From Gemmatimonadota bacterium (GTDB taxonomy: Bacteria; Latescibacterota; UBA2968; UBA8231): 39,458 nt of DNA. Under the pieces are notes generated by a model. That model worked only from the letters and a program-made list of their open reading frames with translations. It did not search any database and was not told where the DNA came from. The translations under genes and the position numbers were made by a program. The stretch covers positions 1 through 39,458 of the forward strand of contig JAYOYH010000045.1 of NCBI GenBank assembly GCA_038153405.1, written 5' to 3'. Of this stretch, positions 16,927 through 26,352 are shown piece after piece. The stretch's first letter is position 1; the number at the start of each line of letters is the position of its first letter.

Positions 16927-18087
16927 ATGCCTCTTATCGCGATATTTCGACGTTCTATGCTACTGATCCGCTTCGCCATTCCCCACGCATTGGTGGCGCT
17001 GTGCGCCGCATCGCTATACGCCGGTTATTGGTGGCCGTGGGTCTTTTTTATCGGCCTATCTGCGCTGGTCACGCTCGGCGATCGACTCTGTCCCCAAGAT
17101 CGGGCCGACCTGCGCGAAGCCGATCCGCGCGTTGCCGACGCGCTGCTATGGATCGTGCTTCCCGCCCTGATTATCCTGCTGCTGCTGGCGGTATTCAGCA
17201 TCGCCATTGGAGCGCAGCACGCGCCGGAGTGGATACTGCGCAATTGGACTGCCTATGCGCATCGCTGGGACTATGCGTCGCTGCAGTTGCTCGGCGTCGT
17301 GCTCAGCGTCGGTCTGCTCATTGGCGGCGTGGGCACTAGTGCGGCACATGAGTGCATGCACCGTCCGCGTGCCCACTGGCTCCGCACTGTGGGCGACTGG
17401 CTCATGGCGCTGAGCATGGACAGCGTTTTTCCCATCGAGCATAACCACGGGCATCACAGGCACGTGGGCACGCTAGACGACGCGGCGACCGCGCGCCGCG
17501 GCGAGAGCGTCTACCGCTTTATCGTGCGATCGACGTGGGGCGAGTACGGCAATGCCTGGCGCATTGAGAGGCAGCGGCTGGACAAGCTGAACCGATCGCC
17601 TTGGTCGCCGCATAATCGCTATCTTCGCGCGCTTGCGCGCTCGGCCGTCTTTCCTTTGCTGGCGGCCAGCGTCGGCGGTGCGCTGTGTGCAGTCGTCGTG
17701 CTGCTGGCCATGCTGTGGGCCAAAGTGCTGCTAGAGACGGTCAACTACATCGAACACTACGGCCTAGTGCGCGTGCCCAATGCGCCCATTGAACCGCGCC
17801 ACTCGTGGAATTCCAGCGCTTGGATGAGCGGCACGATCACCTTTTTATTGACCCGCCACAGCCACCACCACCAGCAGGGTTCGCTGCCCTTTTGGCGGCT
17901 TCGGGATATGCCAGATGCTCCGCTCCTGCCCTGGGGTTATTTGAGCGCAATTTATAGGGCGCTACTGCAACCGACGCGCTATCGCGACGATATGGAACCG
18001 CACCTGTGCGACTGGTTTGATCGCTATGCCAGCCCACAAGAGCGCCAGATGGCGGCTTGGGCAGATGCAGGTAGACAAGCTCATTGA
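16927..18087 (+). CDS. Alkane 1-monooxygenase (AlkB)-like membrane di-iron hydroxylase
   Basis: His boxes HECMH, EHNHGHH, NYIEHYG, RHSHHH; TM helices. Confidence 0.88.
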   Translation: MPLIAIFRRSMLLIRFAIPHALVALCAASLYAGYWWPWVFFIGLSALVTLGDRLCPQDRADLREADPRVADALLWIVLPALIILLLLAVFSIAIGAQHAPEWILRNWTAYAHRWDYASLQLLGVVLSVGLLIGGVGTSAAHECMHRPRAHWLRTVGDWLMALSMDSVFPIEHNHGHHRHVGTLDDAATARRGESVYRFIVRSTWGEYGNAWRIERQRLDKLNRSPWSPHNRYLRALARSAVFPLLAASVGGALCAVVVLLAMLWAKVLLETVNYIEHYGLVRVPNAPIEPRHSWNSSAWMSGTITFLLTRHSHHHQQGSLPFWRLRDMPDAPLLPWGYLSAIYRALLQPTRYRDDMEPHLCDWFDRYASPQERQMAAWADAGRQAH

Positions 18088-18155
18088 TTTACAAAAGAAC
18101 ACTGTCGCCGCGCATTGCCGTTTATTGGGCGCGTCCCACGTGGGGAGGCACGTAG

Positions 18156-19325
18156 ATGGAATTCAGAATACGCCTGCAGCTTTCGAGCATGATGTTTCTG
18201 CAATTCTTTGCCTGGGGTATCTGGTATGTGACGCTGGGTACTTATCTGGCGAGCATCGGCTTTAGCGGCACGGATATTGGCGATGCCTATAGTGCAGCGG
18301 CTTGGGCGGCGTTGGTATCGCCCTTTTTTGTCGGCTTGGTCGCCGACCGCTTCTTCGCTGCACAGCGCGTGCTCGGCGTCCTGCATCTGCTGGCGGCCGG
18401 CTTTTTGCTCCTGGCCTCCACGATTAAAGACCCCAACGCTTTCTTTTATGCTCTCCTGCTGATGATGCTCTGCTACATGCCCACGCTCGCCTTAGTCAAC
18501 GCCGTGTGCTTTCACCAGATGGACGACGCGGGCGAAGAATTTCCCAAGGTGCGCGTATTGGGCACTATGGGCTGGATTGTCGCCGGTTGGCTGGTTGGCA
18601 CGCTGCAAATTGAATCGACCGTACAGCCCATGCAGATGGCGGCCATGGCATCTGTGCTGACCGGAGTCTGCGCCTTTTTTCTGCCGCGTACTCCACCGCG
18701 CGCTGCCGGGCAGAAAGTGGGCGTAGCCGACGTGCTGGGCTTCGAGGCGCTGGCCTTATTGCGCGACCGATCCTTCGCCGTCTTTGCCGTAGGCTCTCTG
18801 CTGGTGTCTGTTCCGCTGGCCTTTTACTACAATTTTGCCAATCTGTTTTTAAATGAAATTGGCGTGCAAAACGCCGCCGGCAAAATGACGTTTGGTCAGA
18901 TGTCGGAAATTTTCTTTATGTTGCTCATGCCTTTTTTCTTTCGCCATCTAGGTACAAAAAAGATGCTGCTGATTGCCATGGCTGCGTGGGCCCTGCGCTA
19001 CGTGCTCTTTGCCGATGGTGCGATTTGGATGATTTACGGGGGTATTTTGCTGCACGGAATCTGCTTTGACTTCTTCTTTGTCACCGGCCAGGTCTACGTC
19101 GACCGCCGCGCCGGTCCGCAGATTCGCGCCCGTGCGCAGGGTTTTATCGCGCTGCTGACCTATGGCGTAGGAGCGCTGATTGGCGCCAAGATTTCGGGCC
19201 GCATAGTCGAGCATTTCAGCACAGACGGCGGCCATAGCTGGGGGCACATATGGCCCGTACCGGCGCTCATGGCCGCTGTCGTGTTTGCGCTATTTGCCCT
19301 GCTCTTTAAGGAGCGCACGACATGA
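18156..19325 (+). CDS. MFS nucleoside:H+ symporter family permease (NupG/YegT-like)
   Basis: MMFLQFFAWGIWYVTLG, ADRFF, YMPTLAL, GQMSEIFFM, LLHGICFDFFFV. Confidence 0.9.
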   Translation: MEFRIRLQLSSMMFLQFFAWGIWYVTLGTYLASIGFSGTDIGDAYSAAAWAALVSPFFVGLVADRFFAAQRVLGVLHLLAAGFLLLASTIKDPNAFFYALLLMMLCYMPTLALVNAVCFHQMDDAGEEFPKVRVLGTMGWIVAGWLVGTLQIESTVQPMQMAAMASVLTGVCAFFLPRTPPRAAGQKVGVADVLGFEALALLRDRSFAVFAVGSLLVSVPLAFYYNFANLFLNEIGVQNAAGKMTFGQMSEIFFMLLMPFFFRHLGTKKMLLIAMAAWALRYVLFADGAIWMIYGGILLHGICFDFFFVTGQVYVDRRAGPQIRARAQGFIALLTYGVGALIGAKISGRIVEHFSTDGGHSWGHIWPVPALMAAVVFALFALLFKERTT

Positions 19326-20125
19326 GCACGCCTTTGCCCTTAGTGGCTCAAGAAGATTTGGCCGGCTATGTGCGCGCTATGCGCGATGACGGCTTTGCCT
19401 ATTTTCCCGCGGCGCTCAGCGCCGGTGAGGTCGCCGCTATGCGCCGTGCGATGGATGCACTGACGGCAAATCCGGCCAGCTACGACGGGTACTCCAATCC
19501 GGCTGAGGACGGCTTTTTAAACAAGAGCACGAACAACGCGTTTAACCGCGATCCGCTCTTTGCCCGATATCTCGATCGCGAAGGCATCATTGAAGTCGTC
19601 GAGGCCATACACGGAGGCGACTGCCACTGCATTGGCATGACGGCTTGGATTACCGGCCCGGGACGGCCGGATCAGTCGCTGCACGCCGATTGGCAGCCGC
19701 TGACGTTGCCCGAAGACATCATGCTCGACGAGCGCGTGCAGATTCCGATCTTTATTTCTACGCTGCACTTCTATCTCGACGATATCTACCCCGAACTGGG
19801 ACCGACCAACTTCGTGCCCGGTAGCCATCGAGCCGGCCGGCCACCGCGCAGCGGCGAGCGATCCTGGCAGGGCGTTGGGGAGCAGAGCATTTTATGCAAG
19901 GCAGGCGATGCTGTGCTCTTTCGCTCGGAGGTATGGCATCGCGGCACCGCTAATACCGGCCAACAGACGCGCTACCTGCTGCAGGTGCACTATGCACAGC
20001 GCATGATAACGCAGAAATTCCCGCCGTACCTGAATCGCTTTCAATTCGACGAGGCGCTGCTTGCGCAGGCGACGCCGCGCCAGCTGCGGCTATTGGGAGA
20101 CCACAAAAGGGGGAGCTACGACTAA
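19322..20125 (+). CDS. PhyH family dioxygenase
   Basis: LHAD, GPT.FVPGSH, WHRG..N...R; ATGA overlap with the permease. Confidence 0.88.
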   Translation: MSTPLPLVAQEDLAGYVRAMRDDGFAYFPAALSAGEVAAMRRAMDALTANPASYDGYSNPAEDGFLNKSTNNAFNRDPLFARYLDREGIIEVVEAIHGGDCHCIGMTAWITGPGRPDQSLHADWQPLTLPEDIMLDERVQIPIFISTLHFYLDDIYPELGPTNFVPGSHRAGRPPRSGERSWQGVGEQSILCKAGDAVLFRSEVWHRGTANTGQQTRYLLQVHYAQRMITQKFPPYLNRFQFDEALLAQATPRQLRLLGDHKRGSYD

Positions 20126-20740
20126 ATGTTTTATCGACCGCAAGACGGCCATGGCCTGCCGCGCAATCCGTTCAACGCGCTCGTGGTGCCGCGTCCGATC
20201 GGTTGGATTTCCACGCTGAATGCCGAGGGAGGCGTCAACTTGGCGCCGTACTCATTTTTCAACGCCGTAGCGTATACGCCGCCGCAGGTAATGTTTTCGG
20301 GAACGGGCAACCATGCCTTTGGCGGTCTAAAAGATTCGATCAAAAACGCGATAGAGACGGGTGAGTTCGTGGTCAATTTGGCGACGTGGGCGCTGCGCGA
20401 AGCGATGAACGCATCGGCGGTGCCGGCACCGCGCGCCATCGATGAGTTCGAGTACGCCGGTTTGCACAAGGCGCCCTCGCAGGTCGTACGGCCACCGCGC
20501 GTGGCCGAGAGTCCGGCCCATCTAGAATGCGTCTTCACCCAGTCTGTGCAGCTAGAGACTGACGACGACGAACCCAACACGGCTGTTTTTGGTCGGGTCG
20601 TCGGCGTGCATATCGACGATGGTTATTTGAAAGACGGCTTTGTCGATACAGTCGCCATGCGGCCGCTGGGACGCTTGGGCTATCTCGACTACGTCGTCGT
20701 ATCCGAGACATTTAGCATGGAACGGCCGAAATGGCCATAG
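20126..20740 (+). CDS. Flavin reductase (DIM6/NTAB) family protein
   Basis: VVPRPIGWIST, NLAPYSFFN, KDS..N..ETGEFVVN, LGRLG. Confidence 0.9.
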   Translation: MFYRPQDGHGLPRNPFNALVVPRPIGWISTLNAEGGVNLAPYSFFNAVAYTPPQVMFSGTGNHAFGGLKDSIKNAIETGEFVVNLATWALREAMNASAVPAPRAIDEFEYAGLHKAPSQVVRPPRVAESPAHLECVFTQSVQLETDDDEPNTAVFGRVVGVHIDDGYLKDGFVDTVAMRPLGRLGYLDYVVVSETFSMERPKWP

Positions 20741-20756
20741 CGCGGAGCACCTTCTT

Positions 20757-22193
20757 CTGAACATTATCTATGTAAACCCCGACGAAATGCGCGCAGACGT
20801 GCTGGGTTGCTATGGCCATCCGCTGGCGCAGACGCCGAACTTCGACCGCCTAGCAGCCGAGGGCACGCGCTTTGACCAGTGCCACGTGCAGCACACGGTG
20901 TGCACGCCTTCGCGCTGTTCTTTCATGACGGGATGGTATCCGCACGTGAGCGGGCACCGCACCCTGTGGAATCCGCTGCAGCCGCACGAGCCCAATACCA
21001 TGCGCTATCTGAAGGAGAGCGGCTACGATGTGCACTGGTTTGGCAAAAACGATTGCTTGGCCCCCGGCGCTTTTGCATCGTCCGTCACCGCTGTATACGG
21101 CACGCAGAAACCGGTCGGGCAATCGCCGGCCCTTTTCGAGCGCGGCGAACCGGGGTACTACAGCTTTTTGCGCGGCCCGATGAATGGGCCCTCGCGCGAT
21201 GAGCAATTGTACGAACGCGCTGTGGACGTCATACGCCAACGCCGGGCGGACGATCCGCCGTTCGTTATGTTTCTGGCCACCAGCTTTCCCCACCCAACGT
21301 ACCACGCACCGCAGCCGTGGCACGATATGTACCATCCGGACGATCTGCCGGCGCTGCGTCCGGTGCGGGGGGAAGGTGCGCCCGACTTTCACGCCCTCAT
21401 ACGCCGCTACCGCGACATTGAACACACCGACGAAGCGGTGCTGCGCAAAATCATGGCTGTCTACCTAGGGATGACGTCCTATGTTGACTACCTGTTGGGC
21501 GGGCTGATGGATGCGCTCGAAGAAACTGGACTGGCCGACGAAACAGCCATTGTCGCTTTTTCCGACCACGGCGATTGGGCTGGCGACTACGGCCTGGTGG
21601 AAAAGTGGCCAAGCGGGCTCGACGATGCGTTGACGCGCGTGCCGCTTATCATGCGCGTGCCGGGCATGGAAAAAGGCCATGTGGTCGATGCACCAGTAGA
21701 GCTTTTTGATATTGTTCCAACAACGCTGGAGCTAGCGGATATCGAAGCCGCGCACACGCACTTTGCCCGCTCGCAGGTCGCTTCACTGCGCGGAGCTAGT
21801 GCCGATCCCGACCGCGCGGTCTTTGCCGAGGGTGGCTACGATCTGCACGAACCGCACTGCTTTGAAGGAAAACCCTCGGACGGGGTAGCTGGTGATCCCG
21901 ACGGCATCTACTATCCCAAGGGCCTGCAGCAGCAGGAACATCCCGAAAGCGTCTGCCGGGCGCAGATGGTGCGCACGGCCACCCACAAGCTGGTGCGGCG
22001 CTCGAGCGGCAGCCACGAGCTCTATGATTTGTCTGCCGATCCGCACGAACTGGACAACGCATATGGGCGCGCAGAACACGACGCGGCACAGCGCTCATTA
22101 GAACAGGCGTTGCTCGACTGGCAGTTGGGCACGAGCGATGTGACGCCGCACGTGGCCGATCCGCGCGGATTTCCCACGGACCTGGTGCGCTAA
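20757..22193 (+). CDS. Formylglycine-dependent sulfatase
   Basis: CTPSR signature, SDHGD, VPLIMR; start probably CTG 20757 after GGAG. Confidence 0.9.
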   Translation: MNIIYVNPDEMRADVLGCYGHPLAQTPNFDRLAAEGTRFDQCHVQHTVCTPSRCSFMTGWYPHVSGHRTLWNPLQPHEPNTMRYLKESGYDVHWFGKNDCLAPGAFASSVTAVYGTQKPVGQSPALFERGEPGYYSFLRGPMNGPSRDEQLYERAVDVIRQRRADDPPFVMFLATSFPHPTYHAPQPWHDMYHPDDLPALRPVRGEGAPDFHALIRRYRDIEHTDEAVLRKIMAVYLGMTSYVDYLLGGLMDALEETGLADETAIVAFSDHGDWAGDYGLVEKWPSGLDDALTRVPLIMRVPGMEKGHVVDAPVELFDIVPTTLELADIEAAHTHFARSQVASLRGASADPDRAVFAEGGYDLHEPHCFEGKPSDGVAGDPDGIYYPKGLQQQEHPESVCRAQMVRTATHKLVRRSSGSHELYDLSADPHELDNAYGRAEHDAAQRSLEQALLDWQLGTSDVTPHVADPRGFPTDLVR

Positions 22194-22311
22194 AGCGTCG
22201 ACGAGGTCTTGTATGCAATCCGCAGTTATCTACATTAGATAGCTAGCGCGTCGTGCGTGCCTATAGCAACAGCGCGATTGGCCGATCTCAGTTCAATAGG
22301 AGAATGACACC

Positions 22312-22662
22312 GTGGACCGAATTACCGTATACCACAACCCCAACTGAAGCAAGTCCAACGGCGCGCTAAACATATTGCGCGACCGCAACGTCGAGTTCGA
22401 CGTTGTTAAATACATAGATAGTCCGCTCAGCGAAGAGAAGCTCAGGCACGTAGTGGAGCTTCTCGACGTCGAATCCAAAGAGATGCTGCACCCGGGCTCT
22501 TTTGGCAAGCTGGGTTTAAATATCGATGACTACGGCGATCGAGAAGCGCTTATCGGTTTGCTCGTTGCTCATCCCGAAGTGATGAATCGGCCGATTGTCG
22601 TGCGCGGCGAACGCGCCGTTATCGCTCGTCCTTCCGAGCGCGTCGAGGAATTGCTGGACTGA
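22312..22662 (+). CDS. arsC: ArsC/Spx-family arsenate reductase-like protein, probable selenoprotein (in-frame TGA 22345-22347)
   Basis: AGGAGA RBS, GTG start, MDRITVYHNPN-(TGA)-SKS matches HNPxCSKS; the frame continues to HPEVMNRPIVV...IARPSE. Confidence 0.85.
22359..22385 (+). promoter_or_regulatory. Candidate bacterial SECIS hairpin
   Basis: CGG-CGCGC/GCGCG-A-CCG stem starting 11 nt after the TGA; loop lacks the usual G. Confidence 0.4.
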
Positions 22663-22811
22663 GCTGAGCGCCTGCGCTCGGCAGGGGCGCCCAGAGGGGC
22701 GTCGGCAGGCGCGGGGTCCTCTGAGATTCCGCGCCGCTGCCTTGCCTGCGCGAAGGCAAGCGGGTGCAGCTGCGGCGCCGTTAAAAAGCACATAGCGTTT
22801 GGAGATTTTTT

Positions 22812-23711
22812 ATGTCGCATTCCACTCACTTCGCTCGCCTAGAGTCCGAAGCGATCCATATTATGCGCGAGGTCGTGGCGGAAGCCGAAAATCCAGTGAT
22901 GCTCTACTCCGTCGGCAAAGACAGTGCCGTAATGCTTCACCTGGCCAAAAAGGCGTTCTATCCGGCGCCTCCGCCCTTTCCGCTCCTGCACGTGGACACC
23001 ACGTGGAAATTTCAGGATATGTACAGGCTCAGAGATAAAGCCGCTAACGATGCGGGAATGGAGCTCTTGGTCTATCACAATCCCGAGGCCATGGAGAAAG
23101 GTATTAACCCCTTTGATCACGGTGCGCTGCACACCGATCTGTGGAAAACAGAAGGCCTGAAGCAGGCGCTGGACAAGTGGGCATTCGACGCGGCCTTCGG
23201 CGGTGCGCGACGGGACGAAGAAAAGTCACGCGCCAAAGAACGCGTGTTTAGCTTCCGCACGGCACAGCATCGGTGGGAGCCCAAATCACAGCGCCCTGAA
23301 CTTTGGTCGCTCTACAATGCTAGAAAGGCCAAAGGAGAGAGCATTCGCGTCTTTCCACTGTCCAATTGGACCGAGCTTGACATTTGGCAGTACATCCACT
23401 TAGAGGGCATCGAAATTGTGCCGCTCTACTTTTCGGCGCCGCGCCCGACGGTGGTGCGCGATGGTTTGATTCTGATGGTCGACGACGAGCGTTTTCCCCT
23501 CGCGCCAGGAGAACAGCCGGTCACGCGCTCCATCCGATTCAGGACGCTGGGCTGCTACCCGTTAACGGGTGCCGTAGAGAGCGATGCCAGCACGCTGCCC
23601 GATATTATCCGAGAAATGCTTCTGACCACGACCTCTGAACGCCAGGGGCGCGCCATCGACAACGAACAGAGCGCGTCCATGGAAGTGAAGAAACAGCAAG
23701 GCTACTTCTAA
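22812..23711 (+). CDS. cysD: Sulfate adenylyltransferase subunit 2
   Basis: [51 protein letters not shown]. Confidence 0.97.
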   Translation: MSHSTHFARLESEAIHIMREVVAEAENPVMLYSVGKDSAVMLHLAKKAFYPAPPPFPLLHVDTTWKFQDMYRLRDKAANDAGMELLVYHNPEAMEKGINPFDHGALHTDLWKTEGLKQALDKWAFDAAFGGARRDEEKSRAKERVFSFRTAQHRWEPKSQRPELWSLYNARKAKGESIRVFPLSNWTELDIWQYIHLEGIEIVPLYFSAPRPTVVRDGLILMVDDERFPLAPGEQPVTRSIRFRTLGCYPLTGAVESDASTLPDIIREMLLTTTSERQGRAIDNEQSASMEVKKQQGYF

Positions 23712-23728
23712 GAGCGGTGCACTAGTAC

Positions 23729-25630
23729 ATGGACGATTCAGTATACAAAGCAGACGCGCTGATTGCCGAAGACATCAACGCCTATCTCGAGGCGCATCAG
23801 CGCAAGTCGCTGCTGCGCTTTATTACCTGTGGCTCAGTAGACGACGGGAAGTCCACCTTGATCGGGCGCCTGCTCTACGACAGCAAAATGATCTTCGAGG
23901 ATCAGCTGGCCCAGCTTGAGGCCGACAGCAAAACGCAGGGTACGCAGGGACAGGAAATCGATTTCGCGCTGTTGGTAGACGGTCTCTCGGCGGAACGCGA
24001 ACAGGGCATTACCATCGACGTGGCCTATCGCTTTTTCGCGACGGAGAAGCGGAAGTTCATCGTCGCCGACACCCCGGGCCACGAGCAGTACACCCGCAAT
24101 ATGGTTACCGGCGCTTCCATGGCCGAGCTCGCCGTTATTTTAATCGATGCGAGAAAAGGCGTCCTGACCCAGACGCGGCGCCACAGCTACTTGGTCCATC
24201 TCCTCGGCATCCGCAATATCGCGCTGGCCGTAAACAAAATGGACTTGGTCGCCTACGCGCGCGAAACCTTCGAAGCGATTGTAGCCGACTACGCGGCCTT
24301 TGCGCAGTCGATTGGCGTTGAGGGGTTTACCGCTATTCCTATCTCCGGCTTCAAGGGAGACAATATAACCGCGCTCTCCACCCATACGCCCTGGTACCAG
24401 GGCCCGACGCTGATGCAGCACTTAGAAGAGGTCGAGCTCGATCAGCAGATAGAGCAACGCGCGGCCTTTCGCATGCCGGTGCAGTGGGTCAACCGGCCCA
24501 ATCTCGACTTTCGAGGCTTTGCGGGTAAGGTGGCCAGCGGCGCGGTAAAGCCGGGCGATGAAGTGCGTATCTTGCCCTCTGGAAAGACGTCGCGCGTCGA
24601 CCGCATCGTTACCTTTGACGGCGACCTAGAGATGGCCATCGCCGGACAATCCGTAACGCTGACTTTGAAAGACGAGATCGACTGCTCTAGGGGGCAGGTC
24701 ATTGCGGCGGCCAAGGATCCGCTCGAAGTGGCCGACCAGTTCGAAGCTACGCTCATCTGGATGGACGAAGAGCACCTCATACCGGGCCGCTCCTACTACA
24801 TGAAAATCGGCGCGCAAACGGTCTCTGCGACGATGTCCCAGCCCAAGTACCAGATCAACGTCAACACCTTAGAGCACGCGGCGGCCAAGACCTTGGAACT
24901 CAATGACATCGGCGTGGTTACCGTGACGACCGATCGCGCCATACCGTTTGTCCCCTACGCTGAGAACAGAGAGCTCGGCGGTTTTATCCTCATCGACAAA
25001 ATGACCAACGGCACTGCTGGTGCGGGACTCATACACTTTGCGCTGAGGCGGTCGCAAAATATCCACTGGCAGGCCATGGACGTCGATCGCGCGCACCGGG
25101 CCCGCCTCAAAAATCAAAAGCCGGTCGTTCTGTGGATGACCGGCCTGTCCGGCGCGGGCAAATCGGCCATTGCCAATGCCGTGGAGAAGCGGCTTGCCCG
25201 CATGAACCGCCACACGTTTCTGCTCGACGGAGATAACGTCCGGCACGGCCTGAACAAAGATTTGGGTTTTACCGAGGCCGACCGCATTGAGAACATTCGC
25301 CGCGTCGGCGAGGTGGCAAAGCTGATGACCGACGCGGGCCTCATCGTCATCACGGCTTTTATCTCGCCGTTTCGCTCCGAGCGCGAAATGGTGCGTCAGA
25401 TGATGGAGCCGGGTGAATTTATAGAGGTCTTCGTCGACACGCCGCTGCAGGTGGCCGAAGAGCGCGACGTAAAGGGTCTCTACGCGAAGGCGCGCTCTGG
25501 AGAGCTAAAAAACTTCACTGGAATTGACAGTCCCTACGAGCCGCCAGAAATGCCGGAGATCCGCATTGATACAACGGCAATGTCGATCGATGAGGCTGCC
25601 GAGCGCATCGTCGACAGAATCATCGATTAG
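23729..25630 (+). CDS. cysNC: Bifunctional sulfate adenylyltransferase subunit 1 / APS kinase
   Basis: [23 protein letters not shown]-terminal [28 protein letters not shown]. Confidence 0.97.
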   Translation: MDDSVYKADALIAEDINAYLEAHQRKSLLRFITCGSVDDGKSTLIGRLLYDSKMIFEDQLAQLEADSKTQGTQGQEIDFALLVDGLSAEREQGITIDVAYRFFATEKRKFIVADTPGHEQYTRNMVTGASMAELAVILIDARKGVLTQTRRHSYLVHLLGIRNIALAVNKMDLVAYARETFEAIVADYAAFAQSIGVEGFTAIPISGFKGDNITALSTHTPWYQGPTLMQHLEEVELDQQIEQRAAFRMPVQWVNRPNLDFRGFAGKVASGAVKPGDEVRILPSGKTSRVDRIVTFDGDLEMAIAGQSVTLTLKDEIDCSRGQVIAAAKDPLEVADQFEATLIWMDEEHLIPGRSYYMKIGAQTVSATMSQPKYQINVNTLEHAAAKTLELNDIGVVTVTTDRAIPFVPYAENRELGGFILIDKMTNGTAGAGLIHFALRRSQNIHWQAMDVDRAHRARLKNQKPVVLWMTGLSGAGKSAIANAVEKRLARMNRHTFLLDGDNVRHGLNKDLGFTEADRIENIRRVGEVAKLMTDAGLIVITAFISPFRSEREMVRQMMEPGEFIEVFVDTPLQVAEERDVKGLYAKARSGELKNFTGIDSPYEPPEMPEIRIDTTAMSIDEAAERIVDRIID

Positions 25631-25670
25631 CGCCCGCAGTCTTGCCGCGCTGCGTCCGGAGCGGTTTCAC

Positions 25671-26279
25671 CTAGTGGCGGTGCTGTTCTTTGAGCCACCC
25701 CCAACTAGTGGTCGCTACGGCCGAGGGCAGCGCCGTTGGCGCATAGCGCGTGTAGTTGAGGAAGGCGGCATCGGGTGGGAAGGAGAGTAGTTGGTCGACA
25801 AAGGGCACGACCAGCACTACGGGTTCGGAGAGCGATAGCGAGTGATCGACCTCGGAGAGGGAAAAGCGCCGATAGACGGGTATGAAGCTGCCGCGCATGC
25901 GGCGGTACTCGCGCGTGCCGGCGACCCGCGAATGGGCTTCATAAGGCGCGATGCGGATGACGCGATAGGTGCCCTGAATCGGATCTGGGTCGGTGTATTC
26001 GCCGGCGCTCCATCGCGAGAATAGGCGCTCTGCAGGGATCGAATCGGCCGTAGACGGATCGGTGTAAAAGTAGTCGTGCACCATTTCGCCGTCGGTGCGA
26101 ATTTCAACCCGCTGCCACAGCGGCACGCCCTCTTCGCCGTCGTGCGCGTATAGCGACCTGCTGAACCACGTGCCGACGAGCGGTGCGTTGTGTTGATCGG
26201 CATCCGCTGCGTAGCCGGCCGGTTGTTGGGCGCAGACCGGTGCGCAGAGCAGGGCGATGAGGACGAACAGGGCGGCCAT
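25671..26279 (-). CDS. Hypothetical secreted protein with C-terminal AV-x-x-x-SWG-x-x-K motif
   Basis: Start at ATG 26279 (AAGGA RBS) gives signal peptide MAALFVLIALLCAPVCA; ends SAVATTSWGWLKEQHRH. Confidence 0.75.
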   Translation of the reverse strand: MAALFVLIALLCAPVCAQQPAGYAADADQHNAPLVGTWFSRSLYAHDGEEGVPLWQRVEIRTDGEMVHDYFYTDPSTADSIPAERLFSRWSAGEYTDPDPIQGTYRVIRIAPYEAHSRVAGTREYRRMRGSFIPVYRRFSLSEVDHSLSLSEPVVLVVPFVDQLLSFPPDAAFLNYTRYAPTALPSAVATTSWGWLKEQHRH

Positions 26280-26352
26280 GGGCGCGGTCCTTTCCCGAGA
26301 ACATCGTGTAAGGTGAGTATACCCCTGCGAGACTAAAGCACAATCTTTGGTC

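Noticed and set aside
22345..22347. Genome-wide UGA reassignment to Trp or Gly
   Set aside because: Many genes here end in TGA at their expected C-termini; the internal TGA falls specifically on a catalytic Cys position
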